A stretch of DNA of 64,000 bases from Octopus vulgaris (GCA_951406725.2 OX597826.1:79918001-79982000), one strand, 5' to 3'. Counted from the stretch's first letter, positions 15,055 to 28,824 are shown. Numbers and translations are program-made. The notes: generated by a model from the letters alone, not told the origin.

Positions 15055-15212
15055 CATATAAGGGATGGCCATAAAGGACATCCGACTCACTAGAAAGAGC
15101 AGAGAAATAAATTGTATTTCTCTTTCCATTTCAGAATTACAACTATTAGTGGTTTGGAGTTTAACTGCTCTTTCTAGTGAGTCGTATGTCCTTTATAGCC
15201 ATCCCTTATATG
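15055..15212. repeat. Fold-back inverted repeat, 48-bp arms
   Basis: 15055-15102 vs reverse complement of 15165-15212: 2 mismatches by eye. Confidence 0.9.
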
Positions 15213-15220
15213 CTTGTTTG

Positions 15221-15259
<39 letters not shown>

Positions 15260-15346
15260 AATATATGTTTCGAGTCTAAATATATTTATCTGTTTAACTA
15301 TCTGTCTGTCTCTCTCTCATTCACTCTCTTTCTCTCCCTCTGTGCG

Positions 15347-15400
<54 letters not shown>

Positions 15401-16196
15401 ATACCCATGCTAACATGGAAAGCGGACGTTAAATGATGATGATGATATCAACGTACATCCCCAAATCATACATTGGCAAGTCATTATATACACAGAAAGC
15501 ATACAGAAAATTAGGTAATATACTTATTGCACAAACCGAGATAAGACCTAACGGAGGGCATTTCCGCTTCAAATATAAATGGTTTTGATCTTTCAGCGGC
15601 AGAATTTATCGTATTTATCAGGTATTAACGGCAAAAGTTTGGTGTTAATTTGAAGAGCTATATATTTCAGTGTATTACGGGATTAGTCTTAATTCGATCT
15701 GGCAGACAAATAAGGTTACGAAGATAGAGTTCAACCTAATTGTGAAACATTTCGAAACTCTATCAAGATATCTTTATCTGTTTGTGGATAGAGATATTCA
15801 GATTTCAATATTGTACTTAGACTATCGAATGATTGAAAGCTGTTTCTGGAGATTAAATAATCTCCGGATTGAATAATAATCTCCAGTATTAGCATTGAAT
15901 CATTCGACAGTGCAAGTTCCTTCCTAGAGATTAGTGTTTAATGTCATGAAACGAGTGAACTTGCACTGAGATCCAGAGTTCTACTTGGCAGTGACTGAGT
16001 TGTCGCATGTATATCAGAATTGCATACACATGGTGGCAGTTGGAAAACACACACACACACATACATACATACAACATTGCACGCATTCAAACCCATATAC
16101 AGTATATATATTATATATATTAGAAGGTTTGGCGATGTGTGTGTGTGTTTATATATATATGTGTGTATATATAATCATATATATATATATATATAT

Positions 16197-16353
16197 ATCT
16201 TTCCTTCTCCTATGTTTCCGACGAAGAGCTCCGCTCGAAACGTTAAACCCTCCTTCTTCCCTTCTTTCCTGAGCGTCCAATAATACTTTATTTGTTCCAC
16301 GTCCTCGCGGTGTTGTGTTTTTTTGTTTTTTTTTTGTGTTTTCTTGTTTGGAT
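16197..16353 (+). mobile_element. Short dispersed repeat carrying a minimal hammerhead-like motif, embedded in (TA)n
   Basis: Second copy at 26768-26912, about 90% identical by eye. Confidence 0.75.
16214..16248 (+). ncRNA. Minimal type I hammerhead-like motif (U4C variant)
   Basis: GTTT-CCGACGA-A-GAGC(TCC)GCTC-GAAA-CG-T-T-AAAC; helices I and II pair; helix III reduced to palindromic ACGT. Confidence 0.55.
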
Positions 16354-16411
<58 letters not shown>

Positions 16412-16476
16412 ATGACTGAGTTATTACAAGAGTATATATCATAAGGAAGGAAGAAGTAACAAAGTATGCAGACTTA

Positions 16477-16574
16477 TCTTACAGCTGTTTCGATAATAGA
16501 TGCTAAGATGGTAATTTTCCCTGCAAATGATCAGCGGCTAACCATATAGTAACGAAGTATTCCATCATCGGAGA
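16477..16574 (-). ncRNA. Type I hammerhead-like motif with long loop II (U4C variant)
   Basis: Minus strand TCT-CCGATGA-TGGAATA...TATTATC-GAAAC-AGCT-GT-A-AGA; same layout as 40773-40827. Confidence 0.5.
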
Positions 16575-17003
16575 GAGAATAACGTAGAACTTCCTAGATA
16601 TCTTTCGTCTGCTGCTAGTGTGGACCAAAGAGAAAAGTTTAAAGGAAATCGGACAGAGGAAGCAAAGTCATAATAATATGGAAATTGATAGAGAACAACA
16701 GTTATGGTAAGGGATTGACAAGTAAATATTTAGTTAATGGAAGATTTAAAGAAAGACATGGTCGGTTTCGTTGAATATATATAAGTGTTATAATCTAACT
16801 TAATACAAGTTGCTTGTCTGTGGATACTTTTATTCTGTAACACAGGTAACCGATGAATTGATAAGCCGCCTATAACCATTTGTTACTCGGTGGCGATAAC
16901 ATTCCTGCTTCTTGTTGCAGTTCAAGTTGGCGTCTTAAGTAGCAGGTAAACCTGACCACTAATAAGCTATCTTTACTATCTTCCGTCATCAGAGGTATAT
17001 ATA

Positions 17004-17064
17004 TATAGCCGACGAGGATGTATCGTAGCTCATCGCTCCGACATTCGAAACTCCGAGTACTGTA
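17004..17064 (+). ncRNA. Type I hammerhead ribozyme candidate (U4C variant), all three helices present
   Basis: TATAG-CCGACGA-GGATGT..ACATTC-GAAA-CT(CCG)AG-T-A-CTGTA: 5-bp helix I, 6-bp helix II, 3-bp helix III, GUA cleavage triplet. Confidence 0.6.
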
Positions 17065-17169
17065 ATGACAAACTTTTACTGTTTATTCTAAATTATAACA
17101 CACACAGACACACACACATATGATAAGCATATATTTGTGTTTTTATATACATGTATATATATGTATATA

Positions 17170-17230
<61 letters not shown>

Positions 17231-17303
17231 CACACACATGCACACACGCACACACGCAAACAAGCAATCATATATGTGTGCGCGCATATGTAAATATTAT
17301 ATA

Positions 17304-17361
<58 letters not shown>

Positions 17362-20052
17362 AAATACTTAAATGTACGTTAGGAGATTTTATTAACCTGA
17401 TCTGCCTTCGGTTGATTTCTGTAGTTATCATCCGTGTATTTTGGCGATTAAAATAAGAGCTTTGACTGTTATTTCCAGTAGAAGTATACGTGCGTACATC
17501 TTTGTGGGCGTGTATTCATTTGCATAAATACATCATCATATATTCCTTATTTCTTTTGGACCATAGAGACAAACTGTCGTGATTTAGCAACAATTCAAAG
17601 CTGAAAATAATTTCAATCGTTTAGTTGTTTTCATAGAATTATCTTTCAACTATTCAATCCGTTATTTGTTAATTGTTTTCCTTACTAATAATCTTGTAAT
17701 TTGATATCCTTTCTTTATAACATTAATCTGCATTTTATGTATTTATTATTAGATTGTTAATTCTTTTCTTTTATTGTTAATTTATTTCTTTTAGTGAGTA
17801 AATATACATAAACATACGCCTAATACACGGAAGACTTTTCTTATGTATTTTCCTCGCTTTGTGTCCAAATTGCTGCAACTAGAACTGAATATTAAATAAG
17901 AGAATGGTAAATAGAGAATGGAACTTGTGTGCCGAGAGTGATATCATACTCCGTATCCAAATGAAAGACTTGATGTTTTATCAGATGATGGAGCAGCTCC
18001 GTAGGTGCCTCGGCCTCTTCGACCGCCACACTGGAGCTGTCCTCGGTCACCTGCCGATGAAGAAGATAACATTCCCACTCAACAGTACGAATTTGTAGAG
18101 TCAGATATTGCGACTCTACACCAGATGTTTATACCGCCCTCATTGCACGTTCTTGATGCATCACTCGGCTCAATTTCTCAACAACTTCCGATAAGCTTCT
18201 TGCTACACTCTTACACATACACACAATCAAACACATATACACACACATGCACACACACACGCACACACACCAACGTACGCGTGCACACTCTCAAGCACAT
18301 ACATAGTCATGTAAATTCATGCAGGTGTACATACACTACAACAAATAGTTTCCCCTATTACGGCTGGTCAAAGAAGGATTATGGCTATTGTTACATTGTT
18401 AAATAAACATACGCAAGGACTGTGGAATTGAAACTACAAAATAAATAGTTTCGTTTGTATACTTCATATATAAACGATGTTATTGGCAGTAAAAGCCAGA
18501 AGCACAATGAAAACTGACTCGTTACATCTGCATTTCTGCCTACACACTCTCTCACATCTACAGATATTCGTGTAAAGTAGTAGTATTAGATTACTTCCCC
18601 TTATCTCCCACTAAGTAGCCACGTGTTAAATCTAATCTGTTTTTCGATTTAATGTCATGACGTGGCCGTTGCCTTGAAAGCCTTTTCCGGAGTCCGCTCT
18701 GTTGCAAATATTCGGAGCAGATCTCGGAGATGAATATAGTTGCCGTACTTCTACAAGAATAATGGAGTCTTTTACTTTCTTCCTTTCACTGCTCCGGTGG
18801 ATCTGGTAAAGGTCATGAGTACTATTGTTCCTAGTCTCATTAAAGCGATGAAAAAGAAAAAAAAAACAAAAAAAAAATAACAAAACAACACAAAACAAGA
18901 GAAAGATATAACTGTTGCGGTGATTAATGAACGAAACATCTGTTGAAAGGTTTTGCATGTGGTTCGAAAAGGCTTTTTAGCAAACATACTCGAAAGTTGC
19001 CTTCGTTAACCAATTATTTTTATGCCAGTATGGGGGGGGGGGGGAAAGCTCATTTTGTTTTCTAGAATATAAAACAATTTAAATTCTATCAAAATTCTAT
19101 TCTCCATACAAGTTTTAGAACTGCAGGGTAAAGAGGAAAAGAAGGAGCAAATGGAGGATCTGATATATATAGCTTCGAAGGAAGATATACGCCATTAATG
19201 GAAATTAAATGTTATCTTCTAATCAACATTAAGCCAGTGAAGCTCTCTATTAAAATAAAGATGGCTGCAATAACAACGACAACAACAACGACAACAACGA
19301 AACTCAGCACTTTTCATGACAGCAATTATGGAATCGAATATGGAGCGCAGTGTTCTGTAAAAACTTGTTATCCACCAATGTTGGAAACTAATGATGCGAG
19401 CACGTAAAGGATTACGCATATGATGTCTGAAGATAATGAATACATCGAATAAAGATTTGACCGTGTGACGTAGATGGAAGTGCATTATGCCAGAATATTT
19501 TCCAGAAACAGTAAGAGAAATAGCAACAAATCCCTTATTGACCTTAGACATTTAGAAGATTAGAAATTGAATCTAAATAACTGCGAAAGGGATGTTCAGA
19601 ATTAGCCAGCCGAAAGGCGTACCAGATATGCAAGAATTTTCAGGAATTCTTTGAGTATTCAGCTGTACCTGATTGTAATTGCTCAATATTAGAAAAATGA
19701 TAATTTCATCCATCTTTGAACATGACAAGTCACTTTCAGAAGAAGATGAGAACAGAAATAATTATTTGATTAGTTGCATTTCTAGCAACATAAACTGCTT
19801 TCTTCTCAAAATTATTAACCAGAAATATCTCCCCAAAATAACTCCTGCGATAATGATTCCTGTTGTCATCCTGTATTTTTACCAACCATTTAACCACATT
19901 GTAAGTTTAGCGGCGTAGGGCTGGACCCAAGATCACGTGGTAGAAAAACTAGCTTTGTAATCACATGGTCATGCCCGTGTGTGCCTCGGATAAGTCACTC
20001 TGCCCTGAGCATACATAGGTTGAACTGTTTTCCATTGACATTAATTAGCGTA

Positions 20053-20092
<40 letters not shown>

Positions 20093-20337
20093 TGTGTGTG
20101 TGTCTGTACATATTTATATGCATATAGGCCTTAGACAAATTACTTCATAAGATATAGAATGGGAGACAGTATAGCCTATTAGTGACCAAATTCACGCACA
20201 CACACACACATTTATGGATGTGTATCATGCTCTACACAAATATTGAGTACTCTTTTTGCTGGATGGCAACTCATACCAGAGTAAAACCATTTAGCACTAT
20301 ATATACATGCACACGCACACACATACACAGACATATC

Positions 20338-20397
<60 letters not shown>

Positions 20398-20398
20398 G

Positions 20399-20458
<60 letters not shown>

Positions 20459-20594
20459 CGTGTGTATGTATGTGTGTGTGTATGCCTATCTATATACATA
20501 AATACAGACATATATGTACATATAAATATATGCATGTATATATTTGTATACATATAAATTTATGCGTTTATATAAATTCATATCAGTGTGTGTG

Positions 20595-20668
<74 letters not shown>

Positions 20669-22169
20669 CATACATTGTTACATAACTATATATACATAAA
20701 CATATGCATACATGGATGCTTACTAATACAAGATCTTTTCATTAAATCGCTTTGCTATTCACCTTTAAAAATAAATATATAAATAAAAATTACTTCAAAG
20801 TGATTTCATAGAATTTCCGCATAAAAATAATATTTGAGATCAAAGATATGTTTGCTATTATTCTGAAAAAATTATATTCTTTGGCAAATATGTATACCTG
20901 GATTTCAATAATAAATGCCATTATCAATGATGAAAAAAAAAAGCACCGAAATAAAATAATATTGAAATAACCAGCAACTTGTTTCTATACACACATTGAT
21001 ATCCATTCAAAGAACTCAGCTATTTATTACCTTAATTATTATTACCTATATTAACGTTATTATTTCTTTTGCTGTGTTGATTTTGATGGTGGTTGTGGCA
21101 ATAGTACTAATGGTGTCGGTGTTTTTAGTGGCCGTATAGGAAACATAGAATGGTGTCTAAGAGTATTCCACTGTACGCATAACGCGCCGAGTGTTTCTTA
21201 CATCTATAAATGTCGCTTTGCAAGTAACACAGATGTTGCTTTGGCCTCTCAATTAACAATTTAAGCGATAAAACGGAATATATTCCAGTTTTATCCTATT
21301 CACATATCCGCCCACACTTTCTCTGTAATTGCTTTAATAATTCCATAAACATTTTTGCACTAAATGTAGCGATATTCTAACATACAGTAGAATGATTCTA
21401 ACGTTATACATGTTAAGAAAATCTATTCTTGCAAAATATATTACGATTTTCTAATGGATTGATAGATATCATAAATTCTTACCGTCGGGAGATGATATGT
21501 TATAAAAAGATTCTTGTATTTCTACTCACATAAACATCATTAACGTTAGATTTTTGAGGAACATGTGAACAGAACTAATGGATTATCAATGTGACAATAT
21601 TCAAAACGACTGAAGTTTTGGTACTGCGTATCTGGTGAAGAAAATTTGTTCTATACATTTTCGATTATCTAAATGCCGGGAACAGATCGTATTTTCTTGG
21701 CATATTAACTATTACGATTTTGCATAAACCACAGCAATGTGTTTGGTTGTTTTCTGATTAACATGCGAAAAGCAGTAATACGTTATGACACGTGTCCCTT
21801 CGAGAGCCGTAAAATGTTTTATGTTTCATAAATAAGGACTTTATATCTTACCAAGTGATGCACTGGACCGAGTTCATTGAAGCTGATTTCGAAAATTTGA
21901 TCTCGACTTTCATATCTTTGAGTACAAGGATATTTGCACCCGATGTACAAAATTATGGTTGAAAATTATGGTTGAAAATTAAGACACTTACTTCTACCAT
22001 ACGAACGTGGCTAAACACTTTTGAAATACGAGAGTGTAATTAAAACCAGCATTTGAATACAGTAACCCCAATATTTATGTGAGTCGTTCAAATTGCAAGC
22101 GTTGTTAGGGTAACGATTCTTCGCAAGTAAATCTTGTTTATTGCAGCCAAATAATGGGATCGCACGAAT

Positions 22170-23110
22170 ATGCAACAGTTGGAACCTGTCCAATATTACT
22201 GAAGGTAAGAAATTATTTAAAGAGACGATACCCCAAGAGCAAAGTGTACGGATAGACGAAGTCTAAAGAAGAATCTACCATTGAAGTCAAAGCACGCAGT
22301 GGAAGGTCACCAACCACAACCACTCTCATACACTGAAATCGTGTGGACCAACTGATTTGAGCAAACAGAAGAGCCACAGTCTGCGAGCTTGCTGCATTTC
22401 TGCACAGTTTCACAACAGATCATGGAAGATGGAGGGAGTCTTTGGGCATCGGAAAGTGGTTAACTCTGCAGCTGATATCTAATAAATGGAGAGAAGTGTA
22501 GAAGTCTGCTCTGATATGCTGGAAGCATTTGAAGTCAATAGAGCTACGTTCTTTTGCGATCAGGTGATAGACGATGGAATGTGATAGTATCTTTATGATC
22601 TAGAAACGAAGGATCGGTCCATGGATTGTCATTCTAGATCGCCAAAACCTAAGAGATTAAAAAACCCGTGAGTGGCACAGAAAGTCATGGGGACAGTTGG
22701 TGAGATGACAGCCTCGTTATTTTCCATGATTTCCTGAAACTTGGCCGTGTCATGAACGGTGAATATTGCGCCGGGACTCACGAAATGATTTTAGAAGCCA
22801 TTAAGAGAAAGAAACTGAAGAAAGCCCGAAGATGATCCATATTAACCATGACGATGTGGAACCACAAAAATCTTTGGCAATAAATCCAGCAAGCGGAAAG
22901 ATGAGCGGGTCAGTGGTGCCGCATTTAACGTACACTCCGAATCGATCACGCTCTGACTCTCGATTGTTCGGTCAAATGAAGACAACATTTGAAGGGAAAA
23001 GGTTTCATGAAACAGACGAAGTGGAATTGGACACCTATGTTTTTGCAGAGATTCGACAGATTTCTTCACGAGTTCATTTGGAATTTGAACGGCGTGCGTC
23101 AGTCAATAAA
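22170..23110 (+). pseudogene. Highly decayed mariner (Tc1/mariner DD34D) transposase
   Basis: Motifs in order across frameshifts: ARSGR; VDQLI*ANRRATVCELA; YDLETK..SMD; AQKVMGTV; NGEYC; HDDVEPQ (HDNARPH-like); VPHLTYTPNRSRSDSRLFGQMK..FEGKRF (PHPPYSPDLAPSDF.LF..K..L.GKRF). Confidence 0.8.
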
Positions 23111-23198
23111 AGTGTTTTGGTCGCTTTTACTTTTCTCTTGGTTCAATCCTCATGGTTATGAATGATATGCAAGTACGCACGCACACACACACACACAC

Positions 23199-23264
<66 letters not shown>

Positions 23265-23270
<6 letters not shown>

Positions 23271-23647
23271 ATACAGAAAATGGGACAAGAACGCCACAGG
23301 CGACAACAAGACATCCAGACAGTTAGATGATACAGAAAGGGACAAGGAAAGATAAGGACGGGTCATTCGGAGTTTTCTTTCATCAGTCGAGTTCCAGATT
23401 ATCGTTGCAGTTTTGGCTGGTTATACTCGAGACTACTCCAATCTGGCCAGCCCCAAGGAAAATCTAAGCTAAGAGCACTATATATACATATATATATATA
23501 TATATATAAGAGATCAATGTGTACGTACGCCGCTATATGTATATAAAAAAAGAATATAAATGATGGTACCAGAACGCAACAGGCGACAACAAGGCATCCA
23601 GACAGTTGGATGATACAAAAAGGACAAGAAAAAACAAGAATAGGTCA
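23265..23647. repeat. Two diverged direct copies of a ~100-bp dispersed repeat unit (23265-23365, 23545-23647); the first continues into a degenerate hammerhead-like core on the minus strand
   Basis: Shared AGAACGC.ACAGGCGACAACAAG.CATCCAGACAGTT.GATGATACA; minus strand CTGATGA-AAGAAAACTCCG at ~23368-23388. Confidence 0.7.
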
Positions 23648-23679
23648 CACACACACACACACACACATACATACACACG

Positions 23680-23743
<64 letters not shown>

Positions 23744-23857
23744 AACTTGTGTCATTTCAAGTATGCTTGAGGCGTATTCGAACCTGAAATAAAGCCATAT
23801 TTGAACTGGTGAAAAGTTTGCAATTATGCACGTTTACTTCTTAGCGCTATCACCACA

Positions 23858-24058
23858 TATGTATGTATGTGTGTATGTATGTATGGAAGGATGGATGGAT
23901 CGATGTATGTATGTACGTACGTATGTATGTATGTATGTATGTATGTATGGATGGATGGATGGATGGATGGATGTACGTACGTATGTATGTATGGATGTAT
24001 GTACGTACGTATGTATGTAAGTATGAATGTATGTATGAGTGCATGTATGTGTGTGTGT
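23858..24058. repeat. (TATG)/(GGAT)/(TACG) compound tetranucleotide array
   Basis: Directly visible. Confidence 0.95.
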
Positions 24059-24467
24059 AGCGTATGTAGAATAGAGTCGAGACACGCTGATGACAATCGC
24101 AGATAATTTTAGAAACCGAGTATCATTATGAAAATTAGTTTGACCGAAATAGTTTATTTGCTTAGCGTTATCAGCTGCTTATTGTTATCACTAGGCTATT
24201 GAAACGGGGGAGAAAAAAAACCCTTCGTCTCAAAGTGATGACAATAAGCGGCTGGTAGAAGGACAATTGAATATGTATTATTCAACCCACATTGCATTGC
24301 AAATCGTTTAAGCCCGTCAGGCTTACGCTTTGATTTAAGGATTAACTGTTTCGGTATGTTTTACTAAAATTAACCGAAACCGTTCTGTTTGATATGCAAC
24401 ACAATGGCCTGGTATAGAGTTCCTGGAAATCGTATTGACGTGAATTGCTTAAGTTGGAATCATTTGT

Positions 24468-24618
24468 CTGTTGTTGTTGTTGTTGTTGTTGTTGCTGGTG
24501 TTGTTGTTGTTGTTATTATTGTTCGTTTTCTTCTCCCTTTTACTCTGTTTCAAATGTTGTTGTTCTTTACTACAACCGATTCATTGTAAATTCTCTCCTT
24601 ATGTATTTATTTTTGCTT

Positions 24619-24656
<38 letters not shown>

Positions 24657-24673
24657 AATCATCATCATTATTA

Positions 24674-24755
<82 letters not shown>

Positions 24756-24775
24756 CATTGTTATCATCATCATCA

Positions 24776-24822
<47 letters not shown>

Positions 24823-24826
24823 GATG

Positions 24827-24880
<54 letters not shown>

Positions 24881-24889
24881 TTATTGATG

Positions 24890-24948
<59 letters not shown>

Positions 24949-24952
24949 GATG

Positions 24953-25014
<62 letters not shown>

Positions 25015-25018
25015 GATG

Positions 25019-25076
<58 letters not shown>

Positions 25077-25077
25077 G

Positions 25078-25134
<57 letters not shown>

Positions 25135-25146
25135 TTATTGATGTTG

Positions 25147-25201
<55 letters not shown>

Positions 25202-25208
25202 GATGTTG

Positions 25209-25275
<67 letters not shown>

Positions 25276-25298
25276 GATGTTGTTATTATTATTATTAT
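24468..25298. repeat. Large compound trinucleotide array (GTT)n-(CAT)n-(ATT)n with periodic GATGTTGTT interruptions
   Basis: Directly visible; source of the poly-I/L/Y ORFs. Confidence 0.97.
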
Positions 25299-25299
25299 T

Positions 25300-26280
25300 C
25301 CTTTTGTCTGTTATCAAATGTTTCTCACTGATTTGTTTGTTTGTTTGTTTGTTGTTGTTCTTTTCCCTCTTTGCGTTTGTTCTTTTCGTTGTTGTCTGCC
25401 TTCTTTTCTTTGTAGACGTTTTGTTGATCTTGTTTTCGTTTGTTTGTTCCTTTTATTGTCTTTTTTCCCCCCCTTTCTTATTCTCACCGTTGTTAGAGTT
25501 CCATTTCCTCCAAGAATTTACTTCTCTTTTATCTTCATCTAACTCCTTCTTACTTCTCTTCCATTTTTACTTCACTCTCCCCCTCGTCTCTTCGCCACCA
25601 CCTCCATCCTCAACTCAAATTTCTTTCTCCCCCTACACCCCCTACATCTCATTCCTCCTCTTCCTTGTCCTCCAACCTTCATCAACTACATTTCCTTCTC
25701 TTCGTTTCTCCTTTCATTTTGCTTCATATTTCATTTTCTTTCTCTTTCCTCCTCTTTTGTCTCTCCTCCTCTCCTTCCTCTCTTCGCAATTCCTGTCTCC
25801 TAATCTTCTCCTTATTGTTATTCAAGATTTGTCTTCTCTCTCTCTCTCTCTCTCTTACTTTCTCTCTTTAATTATCCTCTTCATCGATGCCTTATAATTC
25901 TTCTCTTCTCGTCTGCTTTCGTCTTGTTTCAAAATCGTTTCCTCTTCACTTTTTTCCCTCCCTTCTTTCTCTTCATCAACTTTCGCTTTTGCTTCTAGAT
26001 TTAACCATTCTTGGTTCTCGTTGTCCTTATTCAAATTTCCTCTCTTCCTCCTCCTAACCACCACCACCAACAACAACAACACCACTACCACCACCACTAC
26101 CATCACACAGCCATCATCACCACCATCATCACCACCATCATCACCACCACCATCATCATCTTTATCACCGCTGCTATCATTATCCTCCTTCATCTCTTCC
26201 TCCTCTTTCTCTTCCTCACCCCTCTTCATTATCATCATGATCGTCTCATTCATCATCGTTTTCTTCTTCCTTTCCGAATT
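25300..26280. repeat. Pyrimidine-rich and (CAC/CAT)n low-complexity region
   Basis: Strong T/C strand bias and degenerate triplet repeats. Confidence 0.8.
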
Positions 26281-26287
26281 CAATGTC

Positions 26288-26356
<69 letters not shown>

Positions 26357-26707
26357 TATATATATATAAACGGATTAGAAAATAGAACAAAACGAACATT
26401 ATATAAATCAATAGGGATATAGTATTGGTATTGATCTGTATTTTTGTTCGATATGTTTGTTTATGTTTTTTTTTTGTATTTCCGCTTTGTATTTTGTTTC
26501 TATTTCACATTGTCACAAGAACCCGTTTTTAGCGACACACAGGATTCCAACCGAAGTTGGTGAATAGGTATTCTTGTGACTATGCAGAGTCTGATGCTGT
26601 TTTGAGGTTTCTCGTATTCTGCCTCCTAAAAACCATCACAAGAAACGCAGATGGCAATTTAATATACATACATTCATACATACATACATACATACATATA
26701 TATATAT

Positions 26708-26908
26708 TCAAAATGTGACCGCGTGTGTACCGTTGGCGATTGTTTTCCTCTGCCTTCCCTTATCTGGATCTTTCCTTCTCCTATGTTTCCGACGAAGAGC
26801 TCCGCTCGAAACGTTAGACCCTCCTTCTTTCCTTCTTTCCTGAGCGTCCAATAATACTATATTTGTTCCACGTCCTCGCGTTGTGTTTTTTTGTGTGCTT
26901 TCTTGTTT

Positions 26909-26912
<4 letters not shown>
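26708..26912 (+). mobile_element. Longer copy of the 16197 repeat with hammerhead-like motif at 26785-26819
   Basis: GTTT-CCGACGA-A-GAGC(TCC)GCTC-GAAA-CGTT-AGAC; flanked by (CATA)/(TA)n. Confidence 0.75.
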
Positions 26913-26957
<45 letters not shown>

Positions 26958-27053
26958 AAAAGTAGGATAAAATCTTTATAAGAATTTATCAAGTAGTTAG
27001 CGTGAAAAACCTCATAAGGGAAAGAATTATTAATTATTCCCTTTAAATATATC

Positions 27054-27207
27054 TATATTAAAGGCATTACTATACATAAATGCTTCACGCTAGGAGGGAC
27101 TCTTAAAGTAAAAAACTACCATAATTATAACTACCATTATGGTTGTTTTTGACTTTAAGAGTCCCACCTAGCGTGAGGCGTTTATGTATAGTAATGCCCT
27201 TAATATA
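27054..27207. repeat. Fold-back inverted repeat, ~72-bp arms, 10-bp spacer
   Basis: 27054-27125 pairs with 27136-27207 (e.g. GGCATTACTATACATAAA / TTTATGTATAGTAATGCC). Confidence 0.9.
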
Positions 27208-27626
27208 TATATATATATATATATATACGTACATACCGATATACATAATTTCATACAATCGTGCCGCGCACACACGCACAAACACGCACACACACACATA
27301 GATATATACATACTTATACACACACACACACACACACACACATAGATGTGATCCATCTGAACATCGACCCCTGCAACTTTCGGTCGATCCGTCCAGGTTA
27401 GGCGTCCCTGCACTCACACACTATCAATGGTGTTGCTGTTCCCGCTGCCTCGCGCACGGTTGAACGCACGCATCCGTATCTAAGAATAGGGTTTATTACA
27501 GCTACCATCTTGCTTCTCTGTCACGCTAGTGTGGAACAATTTGGGAAGTTGGGGCAGACTTGAAATTATGAGGCTCCACTACGGCACTGCACGTGGCAGT
27601 ATGCCACTCACATCCAGTTTTTTATA

Positions 27627-27894
27627 GGCGCAGATGTGGCTGCGTGGTAAGTAGCTTGCTAACCAATCACATGGTTGTGGGTTCAATCCTACTGCGTGGC
27701 ACCTTGGACGAGTGTCTTCTACTATTGCCTCGGGGCGACCAAAGACTTGTGAGTGGATTTGGTAGATGGAAACTGAAAGAAGCCCGTCGTATATATATAT
27801 ATAAATGTGCGTGTGTGTGTTTGTGTGTCCGGGTTTGTCTCCCCACCATCGCTTGACAACCGATGCTGGTGTGTTTACGTTCCCGTAACTTAGC
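27627..27894 (+). mobile_element. tRNA-derived CORE-like SINE (family B) with internal microsatellite, 3'-truncated
   Basis: A-box-like TGGCTGCGTGG, B-box GGTTCAATCC, then ACCTTGGACGAGTG (CORE-like ACCTTGGGCAAGT), internal (TA)(TG) tract, CATCGCTTGACAACCGATG. Confidence 0.85.
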
Positions 27895-28379
27895 ATATAT
27901 TTATATATTATTTATATTATCATATGATCGCACGCCACGCATCCTTTCCCAAGTAAGTTTTATCTTAATAATTACGATGCGTACTCTTCTATCTCTACTA
28001 TCTCTTCTCTGCCTATCTCTCTCCCCCTCTTGTTCTTCATCATTTCTGGTTTTCTCTCCCACCCTTCCCTATTCTTCTTCTCTCCCCTTCACCGTTCCCT
28101 CTCTCTCACTCCTCCTCCTCGTCTTTCTCGTCGCTGCCCACTACCTTCCTAAAGACAAAACGTGCTTATACTGTCTCCTCTCATAAGCTCGTCTTCCTAG
28201 CGTTCATAATAATTTTTCTATCGTCTTGACATAACAGCCCTGACCGTTTGTTTTTACTGTCTTGTTCTCATTGTCCTGTTCTTGTTACCACTTTCACCCT
28301 CTGCAAAAAATCCCAAATCTTATTTAATTTGCTTTGCGGGAAGGATTGTTTCAACGAAGTCGCATATTGTCCTTGCCCT

Positions 28380-28562
28380 CGTAATGCGGAGTAGATGAAA
28401 CAGGGACAACTGAAGAAAGGGAATATTCTTTATGTTGCATATCTAGTTTCTCTGTTTGTTTTGTTCGTTGTTCCAAAAAAGTTCCTTTCTATGTTTTTGT
28501 TTTTATGTTATCGTTTATCATTTTGTTCAACGTTTTTTTTCTTTGATGTCCTGTACCCATAT
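28380..28562 (+). mobile_element. Dispersed repeat related to 31690-31830 in the opposite orientation
   Basis: Ends GATGTCCTGTACCCATA vs TATGGGTACAAGACGTC at 31690; shares ACAACTGA(A/T)GAA.G. Confidence 0.5.
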
Positions 28563-28582
28563 ACAATCCTGTAAATAATAAT

Positions 28583-28740
28583 AATGGTATTTTTATATAA
28601 GCTGAAAGCTTATGGCAATCACCGTGCAATGACTAAGGAAAATAATCTAATAACGGGGCATATAAACCCACCCCATTATTAGACTATTCCTTAGTTATTG
28701 TACGATGATCGACATAAGCTTTAAGCTTATATAAAAATAC

Positions 28741-28744
<4 letters not shown>
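28583..28744. repeat. Fold-back inverted repeat, ~75-bp arms
   Basis: 28583-28658 pairs with 28671-28744; a single-orientation copy lies at 59974-60070. Confidence 0.88.

Positions 28745-28824
<80 letters not shown>

Noticed and set aside
18054-18121. CCGATGAAG motif and 9-bp hairpin TGTAGAGTC/GACTCTACA
   Set aside because: No GAAA half of the core, and a 9-bp stem could arise by chance
19330-19630. Possible CR1-like LINE 3' remnant
   Set aside because: Similarity too faint to support by eye
25274-26422. Hydrophobic or acidic ORFs that look like membrane or disordered proteins
   Set aside because: Explained by pyrimidine-rich and triplet low-complexity DNA
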